NCBI GenBank assembly: GCA_951406725.2
Contig: OX597828.1
Coordinates: 75,392,001 to 75,456,000 of the forward strand
Length of the DNA: 64,000 nucleotides
Direction of reading: 5' to 3'
Origin: Octopus vulgaris
Taxonomy: Eukaryota
Numbering within the stretch: the first letter of the stretch is position 1; every line of letters starts with the position of its first letter. The notes beneath the pieces were generated by a model. It saw only the letters and a program-made list of their open reading frames with translations. It ran no database searches and was not told the DNA's origin. The position numbers and the translations under genes were made by a program. Positions 39,953-54,491 of the stretch are shown piece by piece.

Positions 39953-41350
39953 GCAGTTATGATGGTGATGGTGATGAAGAGTATTATAAGGATGATAACG
40001 ATGGTGATAATGAAGATGGGGGTGATAATACAGCTGACGGAAGTTCTACTGTTGCTGATAGCCTAATTGATATTGATGATGATGATGTTGCTGCTGCTGA
40101 TGGCTATAATGGTGATGACGTTCTGCTGATGTTGTTACTAATCCGGCTTACCATTACTTACAGCAAAATTGATGTTCTTACACGATAGTGGAACTCTGTG
40201 ACGACGATGGCGAACAGTAAAGTCATGCAGAAAACAGTGACAAAAAAGAAACGGAAAATGCTCGTTCAGTAGAAAATCATCAGATTGTACTTAAAGACTT
40301 AATTAAAAATTACTATGGTATGTAAGAAAATGTAACTAATTCTAATTATAATTGCTACGAGTTGATACAATTTGAATGGCATACAATTACACCTTTAATT
40401 AAATCACCTGATTATGTAGATGCTTTAGAAAGGAAGAAAAAACAAAAGCAACACACGAAGCACTACCACCAATGCTTGGCTTTTGGAAATGCCCCAAGAT
40501 GATTTCCTTTACAATTTTTGTTTTATTTAAGCTCTAAGTCTGGAGATTCCTTTTGTGTGTTTTAGAGCATTAGTTTATTTCTTTAGAATTTGGAATTTTA
40601 GAAATAATAAAAATAAAAAGTGATTCATCAAGATTTAGTGTTGTTGTTGCTGTTCCGATCGAGGTTGGTCTTGATTGTGTAGGTTCAATATGCAAAGACA
40701 ATCCGTCCATGTCTATCCCTACTTCTTTTCAGATGTGTTTAGATGTTATTATCAAGACAGTAGGTATGGATTAAGGAGAGATTAAGGCGACAACAGGTAT
40801 GAATCCTCTGAAGGAATTTTGCTAGAGACCAGTTTCTTTATAAGAATCCAGATGATTATATAAATAATGCGTATGTGAATGTGTGTGTGTGTGTGTGTGT
40901 GAATGGATGGCTTCCCATCGGTTTCGAGGATGAAGATTCAGTTGTGCGGTGAATTGAATTAACGTATAAGTGGCAGAAACACGCGTACGCCTAACAGAAT
41001 TCACAGGCAGAATCGGCATGGCCCGGTGAGTGTCATTACGTGTACAATCCATCCAATGGTTCCCATTGCTTCACTTTAACTCACAATTATAGATCGAACG
41101 GAGGCTGGAAAATAAATTTATGATGTTTGCGAAGGTTAGCACGCGTTGGGATCGCGCTCAGAAGCCGGTGGCTGTGAACCGAATGTCTCAACCATTTACT
41201 CCCACATATACATCAAATACATACAGGCACGTAGACGCATTCTTATGCCTGTCACATATAAGACGCCATAGTCTGACACCAGTGCCTAAGGCTTCGTTCA
41301 ATCATGGCTCACTACGACTCAACAGGGAGACAAGATATGACAAATATATG

Positions 41351-41722
41351 TGGAAGCACTCCGTCGGTTACGACGACGAGGGTTCCGGTTGATCCGAATC
41401 AACGGAACAGCCTGCTCGTGAAATTAACGTGTAAGTGGCTGAGCACTCCACAGACACGTGTACCCTTAACGTAGTTCTCAGAGATATTCAGCGTGACACA
41501 GCGTGAAATACAGGTACAACAGAAACAGGAAGTAAGAGTGGAGTGAGAGAAAGTTGAGGCGAAAGAGTACAACAGGGGTCGCCACCACCCCCTGCCGGAG
41601 CCTCGTGGAGCTTTAAGGTGTTTTCGCTCAATAAACACACACAACGCCCGGTCTGGGAATCGAAACCGCGATCCTCCGACCGCGAGCCCGCTGCCCTAAC
41701 CACTGGGCCTTTGCGCCTCCAC
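41351..41722 (-). mobile_element. SINE family C, full length
   Basis: Reverse complement begins gtggaggcgcaaaggcccagtggttagggcagcggg and ends gtaaccgacggagtgcttcca; TSD tgacaaatatat (41338-41349) / tgacaaatgtat (41723-41734). Confidence 0.93.
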
Positions 41723-42381
41723 TGACAAATGTATATAATTAATAGCAAGAGAAACAGGATCGACACCAAAATGTGTTATATTTATCGCTACTTAAAAGTA
41801 GACGTTGTGTTAGAACATAGAAAAACTGCGTTAGTTACCGTAAAGGAATCTCTCCTCTGTACTTGTGGCACATACAAGCACTCATGTTTATGTCTCACCT
41901 AGGCGATAATCGTCCGTCATCGCCTCAGGGACTACCAGACCATTTGATTTCAGCCTTCCATTGTTTTGTCAGTGGTAGATGCCCGATGCTAAATATAGCA
42001 CTGATTCCTCCAACAGCGAAATACACAGAATCTGAGGGCCTCGTCAGGTGTTGCAGAGCTTTTGCATCCTAAAACGAATAATCTACTCCACTCACCAAAA
42101 TAACGATAACTGCTCCTAAACTAGGCGAGGCCAGAAGTTTGAAGGGAAACAGTGAGATGGATGTAATCGATCTCACTGCTTGGTTGGTACTTTAAATTAC
42201 GCCGAGCTGACGTTAGTGGGATTTGAAACCGGAACTTAAATAGATGTAACTAACGATACTACTAATAACGAAGTTTTAATAATAATTCTAAATAATGAAG
42301 ATAAATGACGACTCTGGATATGGAGATAAACCTGCGATAATATTGGTAACGATGGGGAGGGAGACGACGGGGACGAAGATG

Positions 42382-42630
42382 ATGACGGCTAATATGCTGA
42401 CGACGACGATGACGGCTAATATGCTGACGACGATGATGACGGCTAATATGCTGACGACGATGATGACGGCTAATATGCTGACGACGACGATGACGGCTAA
42501 TATGCTGACGACGATGATGACGGCTAATATGCTGACGACGACGATGACGGCTAATATGCTGACGACGACGATGACGGCTAATATGCTGACGACGACGATG
42601 ACGGCTAATATGCTGACGACGACGACGATG
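42382..42630. repeat. 27-bp minisatellite (atgacggctaatatgctgacgacgayg) x9
   Basis: Nine near-identical units differing only at one C/T position. Confidence 0.95.
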
Positions 42631-43256
42631 TTGGCGACCACGGCCATGACGACTGTTATTATTATTATTACGATAAGAAATAAACACTAATCTTATAAAC
42701 ATATCTAACTTTTAATTATCATCCCGCACTTTTTCTTCATCATCATCTTCCTGTTTCTCGTTTTTGTTCTTCCGCCCCCCCCACTACCTTTTATCGTCGT
42801 TTCTTCCCCCTCCCACACTCTATTTTGGATTACGACAAACAAGGACACACACAAACACGCACACACACACACACATGCACACAATAAGAAACTCACTCTC
42901 ACACATACACACACACACACACAAACACAGAAACACTTATACAAACACATACACACACAGCGAACGAACACATGCACACAACCCACCCACCCCAGTCCCC
43001 TCCAAAACAAAAATTTATAAACGAAACCAAATTTCATTTCTTTAATTCATTAACGTAACGGAGTAATTGCTTAATTGGCTCACGAGTCTGGGCAGATTAG
43101 GATTGACTCTCCTATGAGATAAAAAAACACATTAAAATATATATTGAATATTCCTCGAATTCTGCTTAATTAATAACAATTAATAATTATTAGGTTTGGG
43201 GGATGTGTGGGGAGGGGGAGAAAAAGTTTCTTTTTAGTAATTATTTTTTGTGGGAT

Positions 43257-43313
43257 GGTGGTGGCGCCGGTGGTGGCGCCGGTGGTGGCGCCGGTGGTGG
43301 CGCCGGTGGTGGT
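43257..43313. repeat. 12-bp GC-rich tandem repeat (ggtggtggcgcc) x~4.7
   Basis: Direct reading. Confidence 0.95.
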
Positions 43314-43421
43314 ATAGTTTTTGTTTAGTTTTTATCGTTTACAATTAGATTCCATATTTACTGTTAGTCACTCACACTCCCCCTCTCACTCCTTATGTGC
43401 TTTTGCTTTCTCCCTTACTCT

Positions 43422-43454
<33 letters not shown>

Positions 43455-43891
43455 CATACATATATACATACATACATATATACATATACATATATACATA
43501 TATATATTATATATATATATATATACATATATTCATATGTATATGTACATCTATACGCATGTATATATATGCATACACATATATACATGTATACACATAT
43601 ATATATATGCATATATATACACACATATATACATATATACATATATACATAAACACATATATATATACACACATATACATATATACACATATAAATATAT
43701 ATATATATATATGTGTGTGTATATATATATATATATAGACACATATATACTTATAGGTATATATATGTATACACACGCGTATGCACATATACGCTTATAT
43801 GAATATGTATATATTTATATACATACACACATGTACATCAACAATGCATTATATCTATTTACCTGATTGTCTGTCTGCTTATCTATCTGCC

Positions 43892-43962
<71 letters not shown>

Positions 43963-44690
43963 TTATGCTTTCCAAAATGGAAATGTGATCGGCTTGAACA
44001 ATTGGTTAGATACTTGGATATTTTCCTACTTTTCTTAACATGAAACATATGGTAGCTTTAATTTATAAATCAAGACAGGTGTAGGAACAACAAGCAAGTA
44101 TATTAGGTTGACGTTCGGGAAAAATGAAAAAGTCTCTTACGTTTTGCCAGAAAGGAATAAGAAGAAGAAATATATTGAGAGAGAATGAAAAGAACGTGCT
44201 GAGTCCAGTCAACCAACATGGCAACTGATTCCAAAAAAACAAAAGAGGTTGGATGAAAGGGAAATAATAATAAAGAGAGGTTGAATGAAGGGGAGATAAT
44301 TCATGGTGATATATATAATTGGTCATCCTTTTTACAATCTACGCAGACATAATTAAATATGTTTGTATGTCTTATACTTAACTTATTTATAACATATCTT
44401 GACACTGTGTTGACCGAGATACCCGTCGACTGTCCCCTGACATTAAGTAATGTGTGAATTACTTATGTTATGCAAATGAGTTGCACCCGTTCCTGAAGTT
44501 ACAGGATTTGTTGTGTATACAAACACATTCACTGCTTAGTGCTCTGGTGTTGGCCAAGTAAAACCTCTGACGAGACACTAATAATCCTTGAAAATAGATC
44601 AACGCCCTTGATCTAGCATTTTTTTCAGTTTTAAGTGCACACACGTACGAACATATACATTACACACATACAAATACATACACAGGCAAC

Positions 44691-44726
<36 letters not shown>

Positions 44727-44841
44727 GAGAGAGAGCGCAAGTGTTTGGAGTGGTGTACAGATATTGTATATTATGAAAAATCTGCCTGCCTTGTTTTTCT
44801 TAATGTATATATGTATATATCTATCTCGGTATGCGCACACA

Positions 44842-44905
<64 letters not shown>

Positions 44906-45191
44906 CACATACATATACACAGTTGTGAACATTAAAGGATGTCATGCAAGTGTAGTGTCATTGATTGAGAATCGAAACCCTGTCATCAGATTTTTTTTTG
45001 TCGTTGCCTTAATGTCAACAATCGAATGTAACAAAATGTCATTCATCCATCTACAGACAGAAGAACTCCAGCGTTTTGCTGTTTATCTCTAGGTTAGCCT
45101 CAATCAAACAAAAAGAGGATAAATAACAGGGAAGCTGTTACGACTCCAAACAGTATTTTCCAGAGCAGTATATCTTGTACTACATTATCCA

Positions 45192-45580
45192 GTGGAGGCG
45201 CAATGGCCCAGTGGTTAGGGCAGCGGACTCGCGGTCATAGGATCGCGGTTTCGATTCCCAGATCGGGCGTTGTGAGTGTTTATTGAGCGAAAACACCTAA
45301 AAGCTCCACGAGGCTCCGGCAGGGGATGGTGGTGATCCCTACTGTACTCTTTCACCACAACTTTCTCTCACTCTTACTTCCTGTTTCTGTTGTACCTGTA
45401 TTTCAAAGGGCCGGCCTTGTCACTCTCTGTTTCACGCTGAATATCCCCGAGAACTACGTTAAGGGTGCACGTGTCTGTGGACTGCTCAGCCACTTACACG
45501 TTAATTTCACGAGTAGACTGTTCCATTGATTCGGATCAACCGGAACCCTCATCGTCGTAACCGACGGAGTGCTTCCATCC
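45192..45580 (+). mobile_element. SINE family C, full length
   Basis: A-box-like tggcccagtgg and B-box-like ggtttcgattccc; perfect 13-bp TSD actacattatcca (45179-45191, 45581-45593). Confidence 0.95.
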
Positions 45581-46086
45581 ACTACATTATCCAAAGTGTA
45601 TTTTCAATTTTTATGACCAAAAAGATGTCACTGTCGTTTCTAGCATGTGGTTGGACACATATAGAATATGACACGTCGTTGCGGGGAAAGAATGATGATG
45701 GCATTGTCTGTCATTGAACCCAGGACAAGATCGACCTCTAGGTCAAGACTTAATCAGGTCTAACCAGGTGTTAATCAGGGTCATTAAGATTTTTGGATAC
45801 AATGATGATAATGACCGTCGTAACCATGACGATATTAGACACTGAGACAGTTAAAGGTATCTTATTACAACTCGCTCAAGGTGCATATATACACACCTAT
45901 ACACATGCACACATGTATATACACACGCATATATACGTTTACGCATATATATACGCGTATACACACATATATATACTTATACATACATATACATATATAT
46001 GCCCAGGCATAAATATATGTATATCGATATATATATACGCATGTATAAATAGCTATATATATGCAGATATATAAAAACACCTATAC

Positions 46087-46139
<53 letters not shown>

Positions 46140-46162
46140 CACGTATACATATGTATATATAC

Positions 46163-46208
<46 letters not shown>

Positions 46209-47034
46209 AGCCGTGTATATATGAACATATATGCATTAAATACCTATATATACATCTAAATAAATATATATATACACACATATACACTTGCATAGATATA
46301 TACACACACACATACGCATATATATATACACATATATACACATATAAGCCTAAATATATACACACATTATACACTTACCTAGATACAGATACGTATATAC
46401 ATACATACATACATACACACACACACATACACACACATATGCATATATACATACACGCACATATATATGCGTATATACACATATGCATGCATACACACAC
46501 AGTCTCACATATAAGTTTAGAGAGACATATATAAGATTTATAAACACACAAGTGTAATTGGTAAACTGCGAATAATCAGATATTGTTTTATCTAACATTT
46601 CTTAATAAGTTTCACACTGTTGCTTCATACAACAAGCAGAAGAGGAAAGAAGAGAAAATAAGAAACGAAGGAAACAACAACAACAACAACAACAACTCAA
46701 CGACAACGGAAGGGTAAAAACAAAACAAAAAAAAAGTCAATCTTATAGACTGAATTGTTAAACTGAAATCTTTTTATTCTTCGCAAATGTAGCAAAGTTG
46801 TGACGAATTAGATTAACGTTGTTGTCACTGTTGGAGCTAAGAGATATTTAAACTGATTTCAAGTCTTTTAGTAATTGACGAAGTCTAGAAAGAATGCGAA
46901 GAAACAAATCTAATGTAAAAGATATAATCAAGGGAATCGTGGCTGCTAATCACACAGGCAACCAGGCAGCAGCTATTAACAATAATTAGCTGGTATTATT
47001 CACTCCTGCTTGATTTGACTAGGTTTTTGCCGGC

Positions 47035-47078
<44 letters not shown>

Positions 47079-47537
47079 GTTATTATTATTATTATTGTTA
47101 TTGTTGTTGTTGTTGTTGTTCAGTTGATTTGGTTTTTATCAATAATCATATTTATACGGCTTGTTTGCTAAATAACATATATTGTTAATAATGCTGGTTT
47201 ATCATTTTGCTTCTTTTTTTTGTGCGTGTGTTATTGGGGGGGGGGGGAGCAGCAAATGGCGTGCTCCTACCCCCCCACGTACATTTACTGTTACGATAAA
47301 CATATTTAATACGATAATGGTAGTACTGGTGTGATAATGATGGAGCTGATAGAAGAGGTGATAGTAGGGGTGGTCGTAGTGGAAGCATAGTGGTGATAAC
47401 GGTGTTGTTGTGGTGATAGTGGTACTGGTTGTGTTGATAATTGTGGTAATGCAATGGAGGCAAGTTAAAGGTTTTAGATTTCTGAGTTACCTCCCGCAAT
47501 CTCCCTTCATCGCACATACTATGTAGATATACATATA

Positions 47538-47714
47538 GGCGCAGGAGTGGCTGTGTGGTAAGTAGCTTGCTAACCAAACACGTGGTTACGGATTCAGTCC
47601 CACTGAGTGGCACCTTGGGCAAGTGTCTTCTGCTATAGCCTCGGGGCGACCAAAGCTTTGTGAGTGGATTTGGTAGATGGAAACTGAAAGAAGCCCGTTG
47701 TATATATGTATACG

Positions 47715-47770
<56 letters not shown>

Positions 47771-47969
47771 AGTGTTTGTTCCACCAAGATCGCTTGACAA
47801 CCGATGCTGGTGTGTTTACGTCCCAGTCACTTAGCGGTTCGGTTAAAGAGACGATAGAATAAGTACTAGGCTTACAAAAAATAAGTCCTAGGGTCGATTT
47901 GCTCGGCTAAAGGCGGTGCTCCAGCATGGCCGCAGTCAAATGACTGAAACAAGTAAAAGAGTAAAGAGT
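47538..47969 (+). mobile_element. SINE family A, full length
   Basis: ggcgcaggagtggctgtgtggtaagtagcttgc...through...gactgaaacaagtaaaagagtaaagagt. Confidence 0.94.
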
Positions 47970-48339
47970 ATACACACAACACACATACACGCACATATTT
48001 ATATACGCATACCACACATAAATACACACCGCACAAAAAGGCACATAATTATACGTGCGACTTACATGTGCACACATCGCGCAGGCATATACACACTGCG
48101 CGCATATACACATCCCATGCACACTAGTATATAACACGGTCCCTTCATACCATTCTCCCACAGCACTTGTAATTCATTTGATCGACCTTTGATGGATGAA
48201 ATGTAAAGTTGGCTTCGCCAGATTTGAACGCAGAGCTGGGGAGATGTGTGGAGAAAAGCATTGCATTCTGGGAAAATTCACGGACCAGCAACACATTAAT
48301 AAGCTACATTAAAATTATCGGAAAAATCATTTTTAACAG

Positions 48340-48735
48340 ATGTATGCATCGTCACAACAGCTAAACGGCTGATCCCAAAATACAAAATTAACCCCAACAA
48401 CTCTTTCAAAGTATATTTGGTAAAGACATGACAAAGATCAAGCATTGTATGCTGGAAAAAAACAAAGAAATTCCGAAACCGATGAAAGGTATACGACCTC
48501 ATCATGAAAGACAAACTTCCCCTAATGTTCACCCGCTCGCACCAATTTTGAAATAAAGGAGCTAATGTCAAATTCCTAAAACAGGGACATATGTTTCCCG
48601 AAGAGTTTCAAAAAACTCCTGTAATACAATAAAGATGGCAACCATTGAAATACTCCACTAAATCAACTTTAGGTTATTTCATTTCTTCGAAATCAGCTGA
48701 CGTTTCGATACGCAGTATCATTGCGTCAGAGACGT
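48340..48735 (+). mobile_element. Decayed Penelope-like GIY-YIG C-terminal fragment with an adjacent inverted hammerhead-like motif
   Basis: Peptide DPKYKINPTTLSKYIW (frameshifted) matches the PLE endonuclease motif N.T.LSKYIW; the minus strand reads CTGACG...GATAC-tgc-GTATC-GAAAC-GTC at 48697-48730. Confidence 0.5.
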
Positions 48736-49411
48736 AAATTGACGGTTATGGTACTCGGTATACTTATAGCACAAGTGTGTACTGTGTGTAAACAAAACCT
48801 CTGCTGAATTATAGATATACATAAATAAATTGCTACTTAACGCTGGTGTGGGGGTGCAGAAACATATGCTGTCACTCATCATTAAAGATTGCCAGTTTTC
48901 AACCTTATGTTATTAAGTATGTATATATGTAGATCAGCTGCAGGATTCGTTAGAATCTAATTATATCAACAAGAAGGGCACCTGGATTGGCTGGGTACGT
49001 AATATTCAGCTTACAGCACGTTGAAGCAAGTTGCAGTTGTAGTTAGTCAGAAGAATATATATTACAATTAATAAGAGGAATAACCACTAAAATGGATTCC
49101 TATACGTTAGATATAGAAGTCAAATCGCCTTACCACAAAGAGTGTGTTTTGTGATCACCTGATTAGCTGTTGTGTTGATGCATACATCTGTTAAAAACGA
49201 TTTTTTCGATGTCTCATTTATGTGTTGCTGGTCCGGGAATTTCCCCCAGAATGCAATGCTTTTCTCTACACATCTACCCATCAGGAGGCATAATTTCATG
49301 CGTCACTAATTGCAGGTGGGTTCACTACACTCTAAGAACACGCTCTTTGTGGCAAGGTGATTTGAATATGCTAGACCACTGGTTTAAATTGATGTTAATT
49401 GATTGACACAC

Positions 49412-49483
<72 letters not shown>

Positions 49484-49570
49484 TCAGTCCAATATTAACT
49501 GTAGATCCAACCCAGATGGTTCGGAGTATAGGGTCTGTATAATCAAGAACAGTCCATATATGTGTTTCTG

Positions 49571-49661
<91 letters not shown>

Positions 49662-49844
49662 GTATATGTTTGTTGTGTAAGATCACTTATCAAAGATTAG
49701 CTGTTTTTATCTATTCTTCCTTGTCATAGGAAACTGTGTCGCAAACCCATGAATTTATAATTTTTGTAGATGTTTGCTGCAGATTTGTTAAAACATACAT
49801 TGTAAAGCCTAATTATGCTGAAAGCTGAGAGGCATGTTTCTCAT

Positions 49845-49888
<44 letters not shown>

Positions 49889-50065
49889 ATGAAAATAGGG
49901 TAAAGTAAAATGAGGAACTGTTGAGAACGAAGGATTAAATAAGAATGGAAGAAGAAAAGAAACAGAAATAATACAAGAATCAAATGCCTGTTAGATTATA
50001 GAATATATTGGAACATGGTTCTTTGGGACTAAAAGACGAGCCAACATATTTATTCTTTGGAGCTT

Positions 50066-50136
<71 letters not shown>

Positions 50137-50459
50137 CATATATACCCACACGCATATGTACAGATACATGCATGGATAAGCACACTCATACCTACAGTTA
50201 CAAATATGTGTACATACATACATACATACGTGAGTGCGTATATATGTAATTAGTTAAAAGAGTGAGTAAAGAAGAGAAAAAAAGCCGGAACATATCTGTG
50301 TATTGATTTAGATAAGCTGTAAATATGTAGTTGTAGTGAGAGGAAGGAAATCACGTATATTGATTGGATGGAAACACACACACACACACACACTTGTATT
50401 AGCACAGAGGGTTCGTTCTACACATTCACTATGTTATACATGCGTGTGTATCTGGGTGC

Positions 50460-50587
<128 letters not shown>

Positions 50588-51008
50588 TATGTTTACGTAG
50601 TGTATATGTTCGTATGCAAACGGAACGACATATTATACGTACTTGCATAACTATTCTACACATATATGAATATCTTTATGTATCTATGTATACAGGAATA
50701 TGTATACATATCAATACGCACATGAAAGCAAACATATTCACATGTATACCTATATATATATATATTTATGCAGAAGTATGCAATGATGTATGTATGCAAA
50801 TATATATATGCACATACCATATATATGCATAAATATACATGTGTTTGTATGTGTGTGTGTGTGTGCTTGTGAGTGCATACGCATGTACTGATATACATGC
50901 TACCTGGTGTAAGATCAATATGCATTATCAAATGGTACAATCAGAAAAACATATGAAAATAGTACTAAAAATATGAGGACATAAAGAATAATAATAATAA
51001 TATTAATG

Positions 51009-51051
<43 letters not shown>

Positions 51052-51225
51052 TAATAATAATAATAACAATAATAATAATAACAATAATGATAATGATAAT
51101 AATAAAAACAACAGCAACAACAACAACTGTAATACGTAGTTAGTAAGTCCGCGTATCGGAGATATGGAACGCTTTGTGCGTGTATGTATAACTTTATATA
51201 TATATGTGTGTGTGCGTGTGTGTAC

Positions 51226-51264
<39 letters not shown>

Positions 51265-52054
51265 CTCTGTGTGTGTGAGTGTATGTAAATATGTACTGTA
51301 TGGTATGTTTCAGTCTTATACAAAAGCACCCCTCTTTATCTCTGCTATTGGAATCATTCTTATATTCTTTTATTCTTCGGTTCTTCTATTCTCTCAGTTC
51401 GTGTTCATTTTTTTATATAATTTTTCTTTTCCCTTTCGCTTTGTGTATGTGTTTTTTCTTTCTTACTCACGATTTCCTTTCGTTCTTTCTATACATTTTC
51501 ATTTTCCTTCCCTCTTATCTAAATCTCCCTCCATTCATCTATCTGTCTACATGTAATTATATACATACATGTGTGTGAGTAAATGTGTTCGTTTCTTCTA
51601 TGTGTGTGCAAATATATATATATATATGTGTGTGTGTATTGTAGTCGATATTCGTCGTTCGAGAGTGTATATGCGGTTGAGTATACCTCAAACATGTTTA
51701 ACAATAACGCAATTCTCAGGCCGTATCAATGTGACACTGTGTCTGACAAGGGTGTATCTTTGGTTTTGAATTACGGGTGTAATTCCTCCGGCGGAATTCC
51801 ATATAGTTTCCGTTTTCTTTAATTTATTCACAAAATATGGATTGACTCAGGGTTATAGAAAATGTCAATCACCCAAGATGCCGCGCAGTCAGATCGAACC
51901 CGGCACTTCGTGGTTCCGAAGCCAACATCTTCACGATTTGTTCGTACGGTCCCTGCGTGCGTTCGCGTCCACCTCGGCGTGAGTTTACGTATTCAGATAC
52001 AAAGAGAAAAAAAGAGAGTCGGAGGTAGATTCATTGGCAGAAAATATTTGGGAT

Positions 52055-52104
<50 letters not shown>

Positions 52105-53639
52105 AGAGACAGCATAAGGAAGAGAGAGAGAGGAAGGGAGATAGGGAGAGTGGTTGTATAGGTAGAATGTTCGTCTTACAGAGAGAGAGAAAGGGAGAAA
52201 GTGAGAGGGAGAGAGAGAGAGAATATGCGTGTATGTATGTTTAGCACTGCGTATGTATATATTACAGAGATGAGGTGTTTATGTGTACAAGTGTTTCTGT
52301 GACAGTGCGCACGCACGCTCGTACGCACGCACACACCCATACACACGCTTGCGCGCACGCACACCACTGTTTCGTTTTCTGTTTTTGACATTGCTTGTCA
52401 TGTTTTCCTCTCTCTCTCTCTCTCTCGCCTCCCCCCCCCCCTTCTCTTACATATTTGCCGATACTGAATAATAAGCATTGTGTGTTCAATAGAAGAAAAT
52501 CTTTGCTGAAAACCCCTTCCATATTGATTCAGTGACAAAGCCGAACTACCTCTTGCTGTTGCTCCTGCTGTTTGTGGATGTTATTCGCTGCCGAGTCATT
52601 CAGACGTGCCTGATTTTACTCTGAGATTTCTCGGCGATTTTCAAATATAACCGAAAGAAACATCTTTTATTTTTGTATTTTAATACGAGGGGACTATTAT
52701 TTAACGATTCAGAAGTTTAATCCGTAGTGAGTTGAGAATAGAACATTAGTGTTTCTTTTTCTTTTTTTTTGTTTTCATGTTCCTATTTTTTGTAGACGGG
52801 GAAGACTTAAAGTCAATAATAGATTTGTATGAGACAGGAACAGTCGCACACCTCTTAAAAAATTACATCGAACAAAGTAAAGAAACTTGCAAACAGGCAA
52901 AAACATACAGTCATTAATTGCGGGAAATGGAAGAAATATGACATTCCAGTAAAATAAAAATAGCAGTGTAGGTAACAGCATTCACACACACACGCACACA
53001 CACACACGCACACACACACACGCAACACACACACGCACACATACGCAACACACACACGCACACATGTATGCATGCATTAATGGTAAAAGAAGAAGCAAAA
53101 TCGAATATTATTGAACATAGGGTTTTCTAATTGCAGAAAAGGAAAGAAAAAATATATTTCAGCAGAAAGCAACGTTGTAGGAAACAACAATAAGCTACAC
53201 ACAAAACAAAGAAACCCGTGTACATACAAATATACACACGCACATCCACACACACCATCTGTGCCAAACAAAAGCTTTTCAAATGCAGCTCTGTCATTAT
53301 ATTTGGCAAATTTAGTCACAAATTAAAACATTTCACTGTAAGGACAAAAGCATTGTGACATCCTTTGTCAAAAACGGATGCCTTGCTGTCCGAAACCATT
53401 AGTGAAAGAGAAAACTAAGTTATTTGGGCGTTGCAGAGGCGGAGGAGTTTTCATTATGTCCCCGGAGAATAATTTGACGAAGCCCTTTCAGCTAATGGAA
53501 TGACATTTCTCTCATCAGGAGAAACAAGGCATATAGGATAATATGTATTGTTTATAAAAATGAGGACAAGACAAAGGTACCGGGTTATATTCAATGTGCC
53601 ACACCTATTTCTAAATTGGTCATACAGTGTATGGGAATA

Positions 53640-53930
53640 AGGAATATGAGGGGAGCAGCTAAACCATAGGTGACCCCGTCAACTCTGAATCATCATCGTA
53701 TTCATTTCGCAGTATGGACCATCGGCGACTTAACATTCGGTGACCACTGGCTGGATACAGTTACCATGGACACACACGTGCTCTTGGTAACACAGAAACG
53801 GAAAGCATTCCACTGGTGTGCCTTGTGATGGGTGCTCCGAGAAAGGACATAAAGCAGATCATTCAAGGTCGAAAGCCGAGTTGCTACATATGCGGCAGCA
53901 AAAGTCGTTTAAAGGTTTTCTGCCCGAAAC
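53640..53930 (+). mobile_element. Possible decayed gag-like/ORF1 remnant with a degenerate zinc knuckle
   Basis: GRKPSCYICGSKSRLKVFCP (53867-53926) has CX2CX4(H>R)X4C spacing; an upstream FISQYG resembles L1/Tx1 ORF1. Confidence 0.4.
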
Positions 53931-54061
53931 GTTTGCAACGAAGAAACGATAACAACCATCAAACCATGTTTTCGACAAAATTAATTTGATTCTTTACTTC
54001 AATGTCTCGTGTCGAGTGTTACCTTCTTACGTTTGTTTTCTCTCCTACTTTTCCATATGTA

Positions 54062-54452
54062 TTCTTTTAATCTTTTACTTTTTTCAATCATTTGACTGCG
54101 GCCATGCTGAAGCATCGCCTTTAGTCGAACGAATTTATCCCAGGACTTATTCTTTGTAAGCCTAGTACTTATTCTATCGGTCTCTTTTGTCGAACCGCTA
54201 GGTTACGGGAACGTAAACACACCAACATCAGTTGTCAGAAACACACACAAACACACACACACAGACAAACAAACATACACACACATATATATATATACGA
54301 CGGGATTCTTTCAGTTTCCGTCTACCAAATCCACTCACAAGGCTTTGTTCGGCCCGAGGCTATAGTAGAAGACACTTGCCCAAGGTGCCACTCAGTGGGA
54401 CTGAACCCGTAACCATGTGGTTAGGAAGCAAGTTTCTTACTACACAAGCACG

Positions 54453-54454
<2 letters not shown>
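54062..54454 (-). mobile_element. SINE family A
   Basis: tcatttgactgcggccatgctgaagcatcgcc...agacacttgcccaaggtgccactcagtgggactgaacccg. Confidence 0.92.

Positions 54455-54491
<37 letters not shown>

Noticed and set aside
42262-42702. Protamine-like SRHRRRQHI-repeat ORF
   Set aside because: It is a by-product of the 27-bp minisatellite; several frames are open and there is no gene context.
43040-43200. Cluster of TAAT/ATTA homeodomain-like sites
   Set aside because: Expected at high frequency in AT-rich DNA; no conservation data are available.
44565-44600. ctgacgag...gaaa hammerhead-like words
   Set aside because: No stem II or stem I pairing.
45192-45270. tRNA gene call for the SINE heads (also 47538, 58860)
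   Set aside because: They have A/B-box-like motifs but no complete cloverleaf, and they continue into SINE bodies.
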